A stretch of 63,981 bases of DNA, the filler included, from Octopus bimaculoides (taxonomy: Eukaryota): the NCBI RefSeq assembly GCF_001194135.2. It is 8 parts of 8 records of this genome, joined end to end, with 100 filler letters (N's around TTAATTAATTAA, not from the genome) between each part and the next. Parts side by side here need not be neighbours in the genome. Positions count along the whole stretch, not along the records: positions 16,971 to 37,404 come from NC_068984.1; positions 37,505 to 50,204 come from NC_068987.1; 6 more parts are not named here. One strand, 5' to 3'. Positions 35,577 to 47,464 of the stretch are shown piece by piece; position 1 is the stretch's first letter, and each line of letters begins with the position of its first letter. Under the pieces are notes generated by a model, which ran no database searches, was not told the origin of the DNA, and saw nothing but the letters and a program-made list of their open reading frames with translations. A program made the translations under genes and the position numbers.

Positions 35577-35874
35577 ATATAATTTAGAGAAAAAAACCGC
35601 AAGTATTGAAGTCATCTATGAAAATCCGCAGTTACATATAGAAAAATTTAGTAAGTAAATACACTAAAAAAACCTATAATAAAAATACAAAGTTATAAAT
35701 ATTAAAATAATATTATTTTATTATTTTACTATTTTATTATTTTATTTTTTTAATATTTATTACTTTGTATATTTATTATAGGTCTTTTTAATGTATTTAC
35801 TTAGATTTTTCTATATGTGACCGTGGATTTTCATGGGTGAATTCAATAATTGTGTTTTTTTCTCTAAATTATAT
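35577..35874. repeat. AT-rich foldback palindrome (arms about 35577-35707 and 35746-35874)
   Basis: ataatttagagaaaaaaac...catatagaaaaat...cctataataaa.atacaaagt pairs with its reverse complement; (AT)n on both outer sides. Confidence 0.9.
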
Positions 35875-35971
35875 ATTTATATATTTATATATTTATATAT
35901 TGTGAAATTTAATTTAATTTTAATTTTGATAAATTAAATTAAATTGATTTTTAACCCTAATATTATTATCA

Positions 35972-36004
<33 letters not shown>

Positions 36005-36297
36005 NNNNNNNNNNNNNNNNNNNNNNNNNNNNNNNNNNNNNNNNNNNNNNNNNNNNNNNNNNNNNNNNNNNNNNNNNNNNNNNNNNNNNNNNNNNNNNNN
36101 NNNNNNNNNNNNNNNNNNNNNNNNNNNNNNNNNNNNNNNNNNNNNNNNNNNNNNNNNNNNNNNNNNNNNNNNNNNNNNNNNNNNNNNNNNNNNNNNNNNN
36201 NNNNNNNNNNNNNNNNNNNNNNNNNNNNNNNNNNNNNNNNNNNNNNNNNNNNNNNNNNNNNNNNNNNNNNNNNNNNNNNNNNNNNNNNNNNNNNNNN

Positions 36298-37210
36298 GGT
36301 GTATCAAGAAGTACTGTTTCGAAAGTAATGACAGCCTTTGAGAAAGAGGGAAAAACCTCGTTGAAACAAAACTTCGGAAGAAAACCAAAACTTTCAGATA
36401 GGAACCGTCGGACTCTTATGCGAATTGTAGAAAGGATCACAAAAGTACAGCTCCCAAAATTACTGCAGAACTTAATGACCACCTCGAGAACCCAGTTTCC
36501 GCAAAAACTGTTCGCCGAGAGCTGCACAAAGCCGGATTTCACGGGAGGGGTGCAATCAGAAAACCACTACTTTCAAAAACAAACGTTGCAAAGCCTTTAG
36601 AGTGGAGTAAAAACCTACAGAATTGGTCCGTAGAGAAGTGGAAGAATGTTATTTTCTCAGACGAGTAATCCTTTACCTTATTTCTGACCACCGCCGAGTA
36701 TACGTGTGGAGACAGCCAAAAGAAGCATTTGACCCAGGCTCTATATTGGAAATCCGCCGGCCCAATGGTTTCCCTTCAAGGCAGAATTAATAGTGAAGAC
36801 TATTTTAGCATTTTATCTGATCAAATTCATCGTATGGTTGCGGAAATGTTTCCGGAGGGAAACACAATCTTTCAGGATGATAATTCACCGATTCACACAG
36901 CAGAAGTTGCTACTGAATGGCACGAGGAACATTTTAGTGAAGTTGAACATTTTATCTGGCCACCGCAGTCCCCAGATTTCAATATTATCAAAATTTGATA
37001 GTGCATTCTAGATAAACTGGTAAGGAGTCGATATCCTCCACCGTCATCACTACAAGAACTGGAGAGTGTTTTAGCTGAAGAATGGACAAAACTTCCTTTG
37101 GAAACAATTCAAACTTTGTACGAGTCCATACCTTGTAGAATTCAAGCTGTAAGTACTGCCAAAGGCGGTCGTACCCATATTAAAATGCTTGTTTGAAATT
37201 TTAAGGTGTT
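36298..37210 (+). mobile_element. Second copy of the 27.3 kb Tc1 family (5' end in gap, about 50-bp internal deletion, clipped right TIR)
   Basis: Near-identical to 27594-28560; QDDNSPIHT...SPDFNIIK; lacks the CLLPAVKH...WGA segment. Confidence 0.93.
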
Positions 37211-37526
37211 ATATATACATATATGCATGTGCATATATATATATATACTCAAATACCCAAAATATCAAGGAGTTTCTGCCTCACCAACAGGAATTACACC
37301 ACAGTTATTTTGTGATCTTTGCTACCTTGGTTTCTATTAACCCATTTATTCTATCAGAATTATTATTTATTAGGATAGAATAAATACATATAATTAAATA
37401 TATANNNNNNNNNNNNNNNNNNNNNNNNNNNNNNNNNNNNNNNNNNNNTTAATTAATTAANNNNNNNNNNNNNNNNNNNNNNNNNNNNNNNNNNNNNNNN
37501 NNNNCACCACCACCACCACCACCACC

Positions 37527-37583
<57 letters not shown>

Positions 37584-37619
37584 ACTACTGCTTCACTACC
37601 ACATCACATACAAGTCAGT

Positions 37620-38125
37620 GTATAACTGATTACAAAGAGAATTAGTATACATGAAATGCTGTTGAACTATGTACCAGGAAAAAGTAGGTACCACTGATGC
37701 CATCTTACAATTCCAGAAGAACTTACCTAGAAGTAAGGTCTCATACCTGGAATTCAGCAATCTAGAGAAAGTCTTTGACAGGGTTCTACAATGTAATCTG
37801 GTTGGTGCTAAGGAAGCTAAGGGTAGATGAATGACTTGTAGAGAGGCACACTCAACAAGGTAAGAATCAGGCAATAAGTTCAACAATGAATTTAGCATGC
37901 TGGTAGAAATCCATCAAGGATAAGCCATAATAAAGAAGTTTAAAAGTGGCTGATCAAAGGTACTTTTGTATACTGATAAACTAGTTCTTATAGCCTAATC
38001 TGAAGCATATTTAATGACTAGAAGCACAATCTAGAATTGGGAGACTTCAATCTAAACTTAATTAAAGACAAAAGTTTTACTAAGTGGGAAAGATAACAAG
38101 ACCCAACCATCATCAGAACCTACTG
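37620..38125 (+). mobile_element. Ancient RTE RT fragment
   Basis: Broken reading PGK.TTDAI...LEKVFDRV...LRKLRVDE...LLYTDKLVLIA...IKTKVLLSGK..TQPS matches RTE RT motifs and joins the [17 protein letters not shown] sequence at 44548. Confidence 0.65.
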
Positions 38126-39216
38126 ACTCACACTATGAGCAAGTATGTAGCTACCATAATGATAGACTGCACTGGATTTCATACAGTCCTCTCCTACCTT
38201 CACTCCCGCTCCCTCAGGTATCTATAGTTTATTACCATTGTCATCTTAACTATGAATTACTTGTACATACTTTTCACAGCTAACACTACTTATCCTTCAG
38301 GTAACTCATTATTAACATCCATTACACTCTTACCGCTAACACTTAGACACTATCCATTATTTGCCCTCACCCATCATCTTCTAGGATTACTGTCTCATAA
38401 TACCCTACTAATTCTACTAGTATTACATCTTTTATTACATCTAGAACTGTCTTTCCCTTTTCTCCCTCTTCTTCCATACTGTCACCCCAATCATTCGGTC
38501 TCTCCTTTCATACACTTGCTCTTTCTTCTTTCCATCCTAGTTCTTCAGCAACAGCTCTTTCTTCAATGCGGTTGAAGAGAGAGCAGTAACATACAAATAA
38601 CAATACTGAGCAACAAAGACACCTTTTGTTTAGCAAAGTACAAAGTAACTGCTCTAGTGCTGATACTATGATAAAATACACTCAGTCAAGTGCAACCAGC
38701 CATAGAAACAATGACAAACATTGAAGCAAGGTGTGATCTACCAAACTATCAAGGAGGACTAAAACTTCAAATAAGAACCTGTCCAGCACATGCCAGTATG
38801 GAAAGTAAATGTAAAAATGATATTGGTAATGTTGACTTATATATTATCATCATCAGTTTAACACATACTTTTCCATGTTCATATGGATCAGATGAGAATT
38901 TGTGGGGGCAGAGTTTTCTTTGGCCAGATGCCCTTACTGTTGCCAACCCTCAATTGTTTCCAGTTAATCAAACAATAACCTGAACTTGTTTACATAGACA
39001 ACCGAAAACAAATGACACCATATAAATGAGCACAAATATATTTATTAAAAAATCATGCAACAAGTCAACATGTCAAAACATCAACAAGCCTGGATCAGCT
39101 TTCATGGTAAGCTGCACACAAGCAACTGTATAGACAGGAAACATGAACACACTCACACAAACATGTATTATAAACATACATACACATATATGTATATAGA
39201 CACACACACACACACC

Positions 39217-39292
<76 letters not shown>

Positions 39293-39974
39293 TATACACA
39301 CACACACACACAAGTGTATATATAGATATATATATATGTATATATATATATGTATGTGTATACACACACACACTCACACACAAACAAATGCACACATACA
39401 TACAAACACAGACGAATACAAGTATATAAAAATACCATACAACATAAATTTTTGATTCATTTTAAATTATGTCCACCAATGCATATGATAGAGCTCCATA
39501 TGAGAAGGAGAAACAATTTCAATTCTCCAAATCTGACATGCCATTAAGGAAGAGGACAGGCTTATTGTCTAGAGGCATCATCATCAAAACATTTGTCCAA
39601 ACATATCTCCAGTAGCCAAAGGAAAGTCAAATACAAAAATAGTCAAACACATTATTATCCTAGGTAATTTGCATGAATTAACAAAAATGACTGGCCAGTG
39701 GCATATATATATGAACAACATTGACAAATGTAAGTGCATCAGATACAATACTACATAAATTCCTGATTTACGAAAATTATCTCCACCTCCAGAGAATGAG
39801 ACACAATTTCCAAATGACATGAGTCTACCAAATTAACTGACAAGGCTTTGATCAATCCAGAGCTATAGAAGAAAACACTTTACTAAGGTGACCCATGATG
39901 GGATTGAACCTAAAACCATGTGGTTAGAAAATGAATTTCATAACTACAAAGTCACGCCTGCACTTTGAAGTTGT

Positions 39975-40802
39975 ACCTGCCCCTAGCCATACCTGCGTGG
40001 TAAGAAGTTTGCTTGTCAGCCACATGGTTCCAGGTTCAACTTATTGTGTGGCATCTTAGGCAAGCATCTACTATATCCACAGGCTGACCAAAGCCTTGTG
40101 AGTGGATTTGGTAGACAGAAACTGAAAAGAAGCCCCCAAAATAGCTAAATATTGGTATCTATCTTTCCTGAATGGGGTTAGATGTGGGTTGTCTTACCTG
40201 TCTATGACTTTCTGGCATTTTAACACCTGGTGCTTTGTGGGAGTCACTGCCACCATGCTAAACCACAGCATAACAGCAAACAAACAAAACACATACATTG
40301 AGTATGTGCGGTTGATAATTTTTAAAACACTAGCACTGCTTCTAATTTATAAATGAATATGCATATATCTAAGTGTGTGTATCTTTGTGTTTGCACCCCC
40401 TCCCCAGCCACCATGCTTGACAACTGATGTTTGTTTGTCAACATCCTTGTAACTTAGCAGTTCAGTATAAGAGAACAACAGAATAAATGCCAAGTAAAAA
40501 ATTATAAGTACTGAAGTCAAGTCATTTGACTAAACCCTTTCAAGGTGGTACCCCCAGCATGGCTGCAGTTCAATGACTGAAACAAGTAAAAGATAAAGAG
40601 AAATATTCTTATAATGCTTTTGCGGCCAAGTTGGGGCGCTGTTCTGAAGGATTTCTGTCAAATTGATCCCAATACTTATTTTTAAAACCTCGTACTTATT
40701 CTATCAGCTTCTTTTGCCAAAACACTAGGTTATGGGGATGTAAACGCACCAACACTGGTTGTCAAGTGGTGGTGGGAGACAAACACATAAACACTCACAC
40801 AC

Positions 40803-40846
<44 letters not shown>

Positions 40847-41005
40847 AAAGTGACAACATATATATACACGACAGACTTCTTTCAGTTTCCTTTTATCAAA
40901 TCCACTCATAAAGCTTTGGTCAGTCAGAGGCTATAGTAGAAGTCACTTGCCACCCAGAACTATGTAGTTGGGAAGCAAACTTCTTACCACGTAGCCACAC
41001 CTGTA
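39975..41005. mobile_element. Cluster of SINE A copies: + head 39975-40135, + tail 40370-40600, - copy 40620-41005 (plus - head relic 39830-39965)
   Basis: Each segment matches the SINE A head or tail; the copies lie in opposite orientations. Confidence 0.8.
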
Positions 41006-41411
41006 CCACTTGTAATAAATATTTTTTCATCTATTTTAAAGATCTAAAATATTGAATTGCTAAATAATGCCCACACACATGCAAATATCTACATACATAG
41101 TGTGGCTGGGTGGAGGGGGATACGGTTGTAGTGTGGATTTTGAACTGTTTCCATCTACTAAATTCCATTTACAAGATATTATTTAACCAAAGGCTACAAT
41201 AGAAGGCACCTGCTCAATGAGTCACACAGCAAATTCAAAGACAGAAACACACAGGGTTACAAAATTAATTTCTCAACCCCACAGCCCTGCCTGCAGCTAC
41301 ATAAACAAAATATAGCAAACATACACACACAAACATACATAACACCCCTACCCCATCTCCCTCTCTTTTTCACTATCTCTCTCTCACTCCATCTCCCTCT
41401 CTCTCTACCTC

Positions 41412-41446
<35 letters not shown>

Positions 41447-41884
41447 CTCTCCTGTAGACTGTATGTTATTTATAACCATTACCAGCAACCATATGTGGCA
41501 CATAACAAAGCTGTCAGAATATTTTAGTAGAGTTAGAAATAGTTTACAAACAAATCCTGACCAATTACATTCCAATGTTTTGGAGAGTTTGGAAAAACTT
41601 CTAAAACATTTTTAGATTCTTGATATATACATTTATATACATATATATGTTTGTATGTATATTATTAATATCTTCTTTTTTCATTTTTTTTTTTTACTTA
41701 TGCTTAAAAATATACTGGAATATATTACACATATTCACACATACAAACACCCACCCACATGCACATGTATGTACATATACATATATATTTAGAGAGAGAG
41801 AGGGGGAAGAGAGAGAAACTTACAATTGTCTGTTGATATGACTGCATACATGCATATATTATGTGTATGTGTAAGAGTGTGTGT

Positions 41885-42835
41885 ACCTTTCCTGGTGAAG
41901 AATTCACAACACAACATAGATTAGTAACTAGTGACGTCAGAGTCAGAAGCTGGCAGACACAGAAATGAAAGACATGGAGAAAGAAGATATGGAAACTAAA
42001 AGATCCTGAAATTGGGAATAGATTTTAAAAAATTCTAATTGACACCTGTGACTGTAGGAAAGTAGAATTAGATACCTGTAGCCTAAGTGAAAACTCTGTG
42101 TTTCACTAAAATAACCTGCTTAAGGCTACAACTCAGATGTGTGGTTGGAGCAAAATCCCAGCTAAGCCAAAAGTAACATGGTGGCAGAACGATGTGGATG
42201 ACAAGTAGTAAGCATTAAGAGACAGTGTTGGAAAAGCTGGAAAGAAGGTGGTAATAGGAAACATTTTCAAATGGCTAGAAAGGCGAACAAGTATAAGCTA
42301 AAAGTTATACTTGGCTAAGGAAGAGATTTGCAAATGTCTTGTAACATCAGGATCAGAGCCATGTGTTGTTGAAGATTGCAAGACAGCGTGTGAGAAAGGA
42401 CCAAGATGCCATTGGTGAGAAAAGTATTCAGGATGATGAAAGTATATTCACCACTGATATTGAAGACAAGAAATAAGCATTGAAGTGATCTGATTGGAGA
42501 TTATTGAATGTGGAAAAAGCAAGGGCTAAAGGATTATAATCTCATGCTAACCCTACAGAGGGACGAGTGGTTAAAATTAACAGCAGTGTGATAGATTAAG
42601 TAATGAAGGACATGAGAACAGGGAAAATTGAGAAGATGCTCAAAATATTTGGTGAGACAATCAAGTTATACAAGAAGGAATCAAATCCAATGTCTAGCAT
42701 TATCATCATAAACTGCTACAAAAGCAGAGGAGATGCATTAAAGAGAAGGATCTATAGAGGAATCAAACTACTGAATCAGGTTATGAATATCAGAGAGAGA
42801 GTCATAGCACAACTAAGAGAGAGACTACAGAGTCC
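41885..42835 (+). mobile_element. Old RTE LINE fragment (APE C-terminal end, linker, RT start)
   Basis: TFPGEEFTTQHRLVTSDVR...CGWSK.PA.PKVTWW...IKDMRTGK...IINCYKSRGDALKRRIYRGIKLLNQVMNIRERVIAQLRER; many stops. Confidence 0.8.
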
Positions 42836-42861
42836 ACTACAGTGTCCCCAGTTCATCCATT

Positions 42862-43320
42862 ACATTCTGAGGCCAGATTTGGTTCTGTATTCTGAAGAGA
42901 CCAAGGAAATAATCTTGATTGAGCTTACAGTCCCAGGAGAAGATGGGTGTGATCAAACCCATGAATTGAAGTATGTCAAGTACAAGAGCCTTCTGTAGAA
43001 TTGCGAGAAGGGATGGACATCATGGCTTCTCCCAGTTGAAGTTGGCTATAGGGAACACTTGCCCAGTCAGGAAGAAGACTTTTTACAACCATAGGAATGA
43101 GAAGAAAGGAACGATGGGTAGCTGTGTGCAGGATAGGAGAGGCAGCTGAAAGAGCCTCTTGCTGGTCATGGAGCAAGACAAAGGAGTTAAACTGAAGGCC
43201 AGCATGAAAAAATGAGCAGTGATGTGGCCACATCCGCTGACCCACCAATGATAGAGTGTTACAATACAGGGTCGAAGCACTCGATGATCGTTGTTTACCA
43301 TCTGATGACAGCAGTTCCTC
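42862..43320 (+). mobile_element. HERO/NeSL-like non-LTR 3' fragment (REL endonuclease)
   Basis: LRPDLVLYSEETKEIILIELTVPGEDGCDQTHELKYVKYKSLL...LPVEVGYRG...GEAAERASCWSW; the RPD..IELTVP..E..K..KY PD-(D/E)xK pattern is typical of HERO-type elements. Confidence 0.75.
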
Positions 43321-43354
43321 CTGGCCAAAGTTCCATTCACTTATACATATATAG

Positions 43355-43413
<59 letters not shown>

Positions 43414-44246
43414 NNNNNNNNNNNNNNNNNNNNNNNNNNNNNNNNNNNNNNNNNNNNNNNNNNNNNNNNNNNNNNNNNNNNNNNNNNNNNNNNNNNNNNN
43501 NNNNNNNNNNNNNNNNNNNNNNNNNNNNNNNNNNNNNNNNNNNNNNNNNNNNNNNNNNNNNNNNNNNNNNNNNNNNNNNNNNNNNNNNNNNNNNNNNNNN
43601 NNNNNNNNNNNNNNNNNNNNNNNNNNNNNNNNNNNNNNNNNNNNNNNNNNNNNNNNNNNNNNNNNNNNNNNNNNNNNNNNNNNNNNNNNNNNNNNNNNNN
43701 NNNNNNNNNNNNNNNNNNNNNNNNNNNNNNNNNNNNNNNNNNNNNNNNNNNNNNNNNNNNNNNNNNNNNNNNNNNNNNNNNNNNNNNNNNNNNNNNNNNN
43801 NNNNNNNNNNNNNNNNNNNNNNNNNNNNNNNNNNNNNNNNNNNNNNNNNNNNNNNNNNNNNNNNNNNNNNNNNNNNNNNNNNNNNNNNNNNNNNNNNNNN
43901 NNNNNNNNNNNNNNNNNNNNNNNNNNNNNNNNNNNNNNNNNNNNNNNNNNNNNNNNNNNNNNNNNNNNNNNNNNNNNNNNNNNNNNNNNNNNNNNNNNNN
44001 NNNNNNNNNNNNNNNNNNNNNNNNNNNNNNNNNNNNNNNNNNNNNNNNNNNNNNNNNNNNNNNNNNNNNNNNNNNNNNNNNNNNNNNNNNNNNNNNNNNN
44101 NNNNNNNNNNNNNNNNNNNNNNNNNNNNNNNNNNNNNNNNNNNNNNNNNNNNNNNNNNNNNNNNNNNNNNNNNNNNNNNNNNNNNNNTATATATATATAT
44201 ATATATACACATGTATATCTACATATATGTGTGTGTGCGTGTGTGT

Positions 44247-44296
<50 letters not shown>

Positions 44297-44470
44297 ATAC
44301 ATATATATACATATATATATGTATGCATATATATACATATACATATGTATGCATATATATATACATATACATATATATGTACACACGTATATACACATAT
44401 ATGTACACACACATATATATATACATATATATGTACACAAATTATATATACACATATATACATATATATG

Positions 44471-44543
<73 letters not shown>

Positions 44544-44544
44544 T

Positions 44545-45912
44545 AGGACTAAAGTCCTAATAAGTAGGAAGGTAGACAAAACACAAACCCCTTCAGGTAG
44601 ATGGCCCTGCTCGATCTGAAGAAAAGGCGTAGGTAGAAACTCCATAAGATGTACCCAGTGTAAGCTATGGACACATAAGAGGTGCAGCAATATCAAAGGA
44701 CAGCTAACTAGCAAGATAGTTTTTGTATGTTGCAGGTGCTCAGGAGCAATAAACACTGATAATGTGCAGAAAACAACCTTTATCACACTCCAGGGTGAAA
44801 AACTAGAAGTAGTTGATAGTTTCCACTACCTAGGGGATGGTGCACTGAAAGTGTAGCTGCTAGAATAAGAATAGTCTGGGCAAAGTTTAGAGCGCTCTTA
44901 GCTCTGCTGGTGACAAAGGGCCTCCCACTCAGAGTAAAAGGCAGACTGTATGACACATGTGTACGAACAGCCATGCTACATGGTAGTGAAACATGGGCCA
45001 TGACTACTGAGACATGCGTAAGCTCGAAAGGAATGAAGCCAGTATGCTTCAATGGATGTGTAATGTCAGTGTGCATACACGACAGTGTAAGTACCTTGAG
45101 AGAAAAGTTGAACCTAAGAAGCATCAGTTGTGGTGTGCAAGAGGGATGATTGCACTAGTATGGTCATGTGGTGAGAATGGATGAGGAGAGCTGTGTGAAA
45201 AAGTGCCACACCCTAGCGGTTGAGGGTACCTGTGGAAGAGGCAGGCCCAGGAAGACCTGGGATGAGGTGGTGAAGCACGACCTCTGAGCATTAGGCCTCA
45301 CAGAGGCAATGACTTCTGATCGAGACCTTTGGAAATATGCTGTGAGTGAGAACACCCGGCAAGCCAAGTGAGACCAAAATCCAAGGCCTCTGCCAGGGAT
45401 GTAGCCAACCCACTTATGCGCACCTTTCCGTCATTGGACACTAAAGTCCACTTGCGAAGACCTGTTGAGGCAAGTGAAATCGAAATCGAACTAAATTGGA
45501 CACTAAACTCAGCTTGCAAAGACTTGTTGCAGCAAGCAAAAGCGAAATTGTGATGGCACCACCGTTTGACCGTGATCGTTACCAGCGTCATCTTCCTGGC
45601 ACTTGTGCCGCAGCATCGTGTCCCTGGCACGTGAAAAGTCATTTGCGCAAGATCGTTGCCAGTGCCGCTGGACTGGCTCCTGTGCAGGTGGCACGTAAAA
45701 TACACCATTTTGAGTATGGCCATTGCCAGTACCGCCTGACTGGCCTTCATGCTGGTGGCACGTAAAAGCACCCACTACATTCTCGGAGTGTAGAAACTCT
45801 GCCAAATCAGATTGGAGCCTGGTGTAGCCATCTGGTTCACCAGTCCTCAGTCAAATTGTCCAAACCATGCTAGCATGGAAAGCGGACGTTAAACAACGAT
45901 GATGATGATGAT
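44545..45912 (+). mobile_element. RTE LINE 3' portion (RT end, ORF stop at about 45370, 3' UTR, (GAT)n tail)
   Basis: TKVLISRK...LEVVDSFHYLGD...RIVWAKFR...VRTAMLHGSETWA...GHVVRMDE...GRGRPRKTWDEVVKHD; tail gttaaacaacgatgatgatgatg. Confidence 0.92.
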
Positions 45913-46223
45913 ATATATATATACACACATACATACATATATATATACATACACACATATATATATACATATACACACACATATATATTTGTATACATAT
46001 ATTCATACATATATGCATATATATATATACATACATATACATATATATATAGACATATACATATAAATATAAATATCTATGNNNNNNNNNNNNNNNNNNN
46101 NNNNNNNNNNNNNNNNNNNNNNNNNNNNNNNNNNNNNNNNNNNNNNNNNNNNNNNNNNNNNNNNNNNNNNNNNNNNNNNNNNNNNNNNNNNNNNNNNNNN
46201 NNNNNNNNNNNNNTATATATATA

Positions 46224-46612
46224 TTGTTGTTGTTATTGGCAGTCCGTCGCTTACGACGTCGAGGGTTCCAGTTGATCCAATCAACGGAACAGCCTGCTCG
46301 TGAAATTAACGTGCAAGTGGCTCAACACTCCACAGACACGTGTACCTTTAACGTAGTTCTCGGCGATATTCAGCATGACACAGTGTGACAAGGCTGACGC
46401 TTTGAATTACAGGCACAACAGAAACAGGAAGTAAGAGTGAGAGAAAGTTGTGGTGGAAGAGTACAGCAGGGCTCGCCACCATCCCCTGCCGGAGCCTCAT
46501 GGAGCTTTAGGTGTTTTCGCTCAATAAATACTCACAACGCCCGGTCTGGAAATCGAAACCGCAATCCTATGACCGCGAGTCCGCTGCCCTAACCACTGGG
46601 CCATTCGCCTCC
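46224..46612 (-). mobile_element. tRNA(Arg)-like SINE family D, full length with (AAC)n tail
   Basis: Minus head GGAGGCGAATGGCCCAGTGGTTAGGGCAGCGGACTCGCGGTCATAGGATTGCGGTTTCGATTTCC has A and B boxes and resembles tRNA-Arg; octopus OR-type SINEs are known to be tRNA-Arg derived. Confidence 0.85.
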
Positions 46613-46664
46613 ACACACACACATATATATATATATAATTATTAATTTAAAATATAAATTACTT

Positions 46665-46834
46665 ATTTCCGTGCTGACTACCTGATAATTATCATGAACA
46701 TGATCTTTATCCTTATTTTATGAACATGTATATTTAATTATTAATTTAATAATTTAATATATGAATTGCTCATTTCCATGCTGACTACCTGATAATTATC
46801 ATGAATGTGATCTCTATCCTTATTTTATGAACAT
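46665..46834 (+). repeat. 63-bp direct duplication (46665-46727, 46772-46834)
   Basis: atttcc(g/a)tgctgactacctgataattatcatgaa(ca/tg)tgatct(t/c)tatccttattttatgaacat occurs twice. Confidence 0.9.
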
Positions 46835-46872
46835 ACATATATATATATATATATATATATCTATATATATAC

Positions 46873-47250
46873 GGCAATAACAAAATGGAGGGGATGAAAA
46901 GGTGGTATTCATCAACTTTTAGACATTATATTATGTCAATTTATATATATTTTTTTTTAAAGTAATTATAACAATATACATACATGTATAACATATGCTT
47001 TACATATATAAAAATACCAGTAATTATTAAAATATGTAACGTAGAACATAGAAATTACTATTCTACTTTCTGTGTCCTACGTTATATATTTTAATAATTA
47101 CTGGTATTTTTATATATGTAAAGCATAATATGCTATACATGTATGTATATTGTTATAATTTTTTTTTTTTTTAAATATATAAATCGACATAATATAATGT
47201 CTAAAAGTTGATGACTACCACCTCTTGATCCCCTCCATTTTCTTATTGCC
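46873..47250. repeat. Near-perfect foldback palindrome (about 180-bp arms, 12-nt loop)
   Basis: ggcaataacaaaatggaggggatg...acgtagaacatagaaa | ttactattctac | tttctgtgtcctacgt...cccctccattttcttattgcc. Confidence 0.95.
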
Positions 47251-47428
47251 ATATAAATTAAGGGTAAAACAACTTTCAACCCTCACCTATTTATTACATT
47301 CAGTAGTGTAATTGCCATGCAATGAAAAAACACTTGTGTATTAATAATTGGGTACTCTACCAGCTGTATATTGAATAGATATTATCCCTTAGTTGGTTGG
47401 ATTCACAACCTCTAATTCTTTTGGAATT

Positions 47429-47463
<35 letters not shown>

Positions 47464-47464
47464 A

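Noticed and set aside
41885-45912. One continuous RTE interrupted by HERO and a gap
   Set aside because: The pieces are collinear, but the left piece is far more decayed than the right, so they are more likely two insertions of different age. Gap 43414-44187 would decide it.
46545-46612. tRNA-Arg gene
   Set aside because: The head runs straight into about 320 bp of SINE body and lacks a proper acceptor stem; it is a SINE, not a tRNA.
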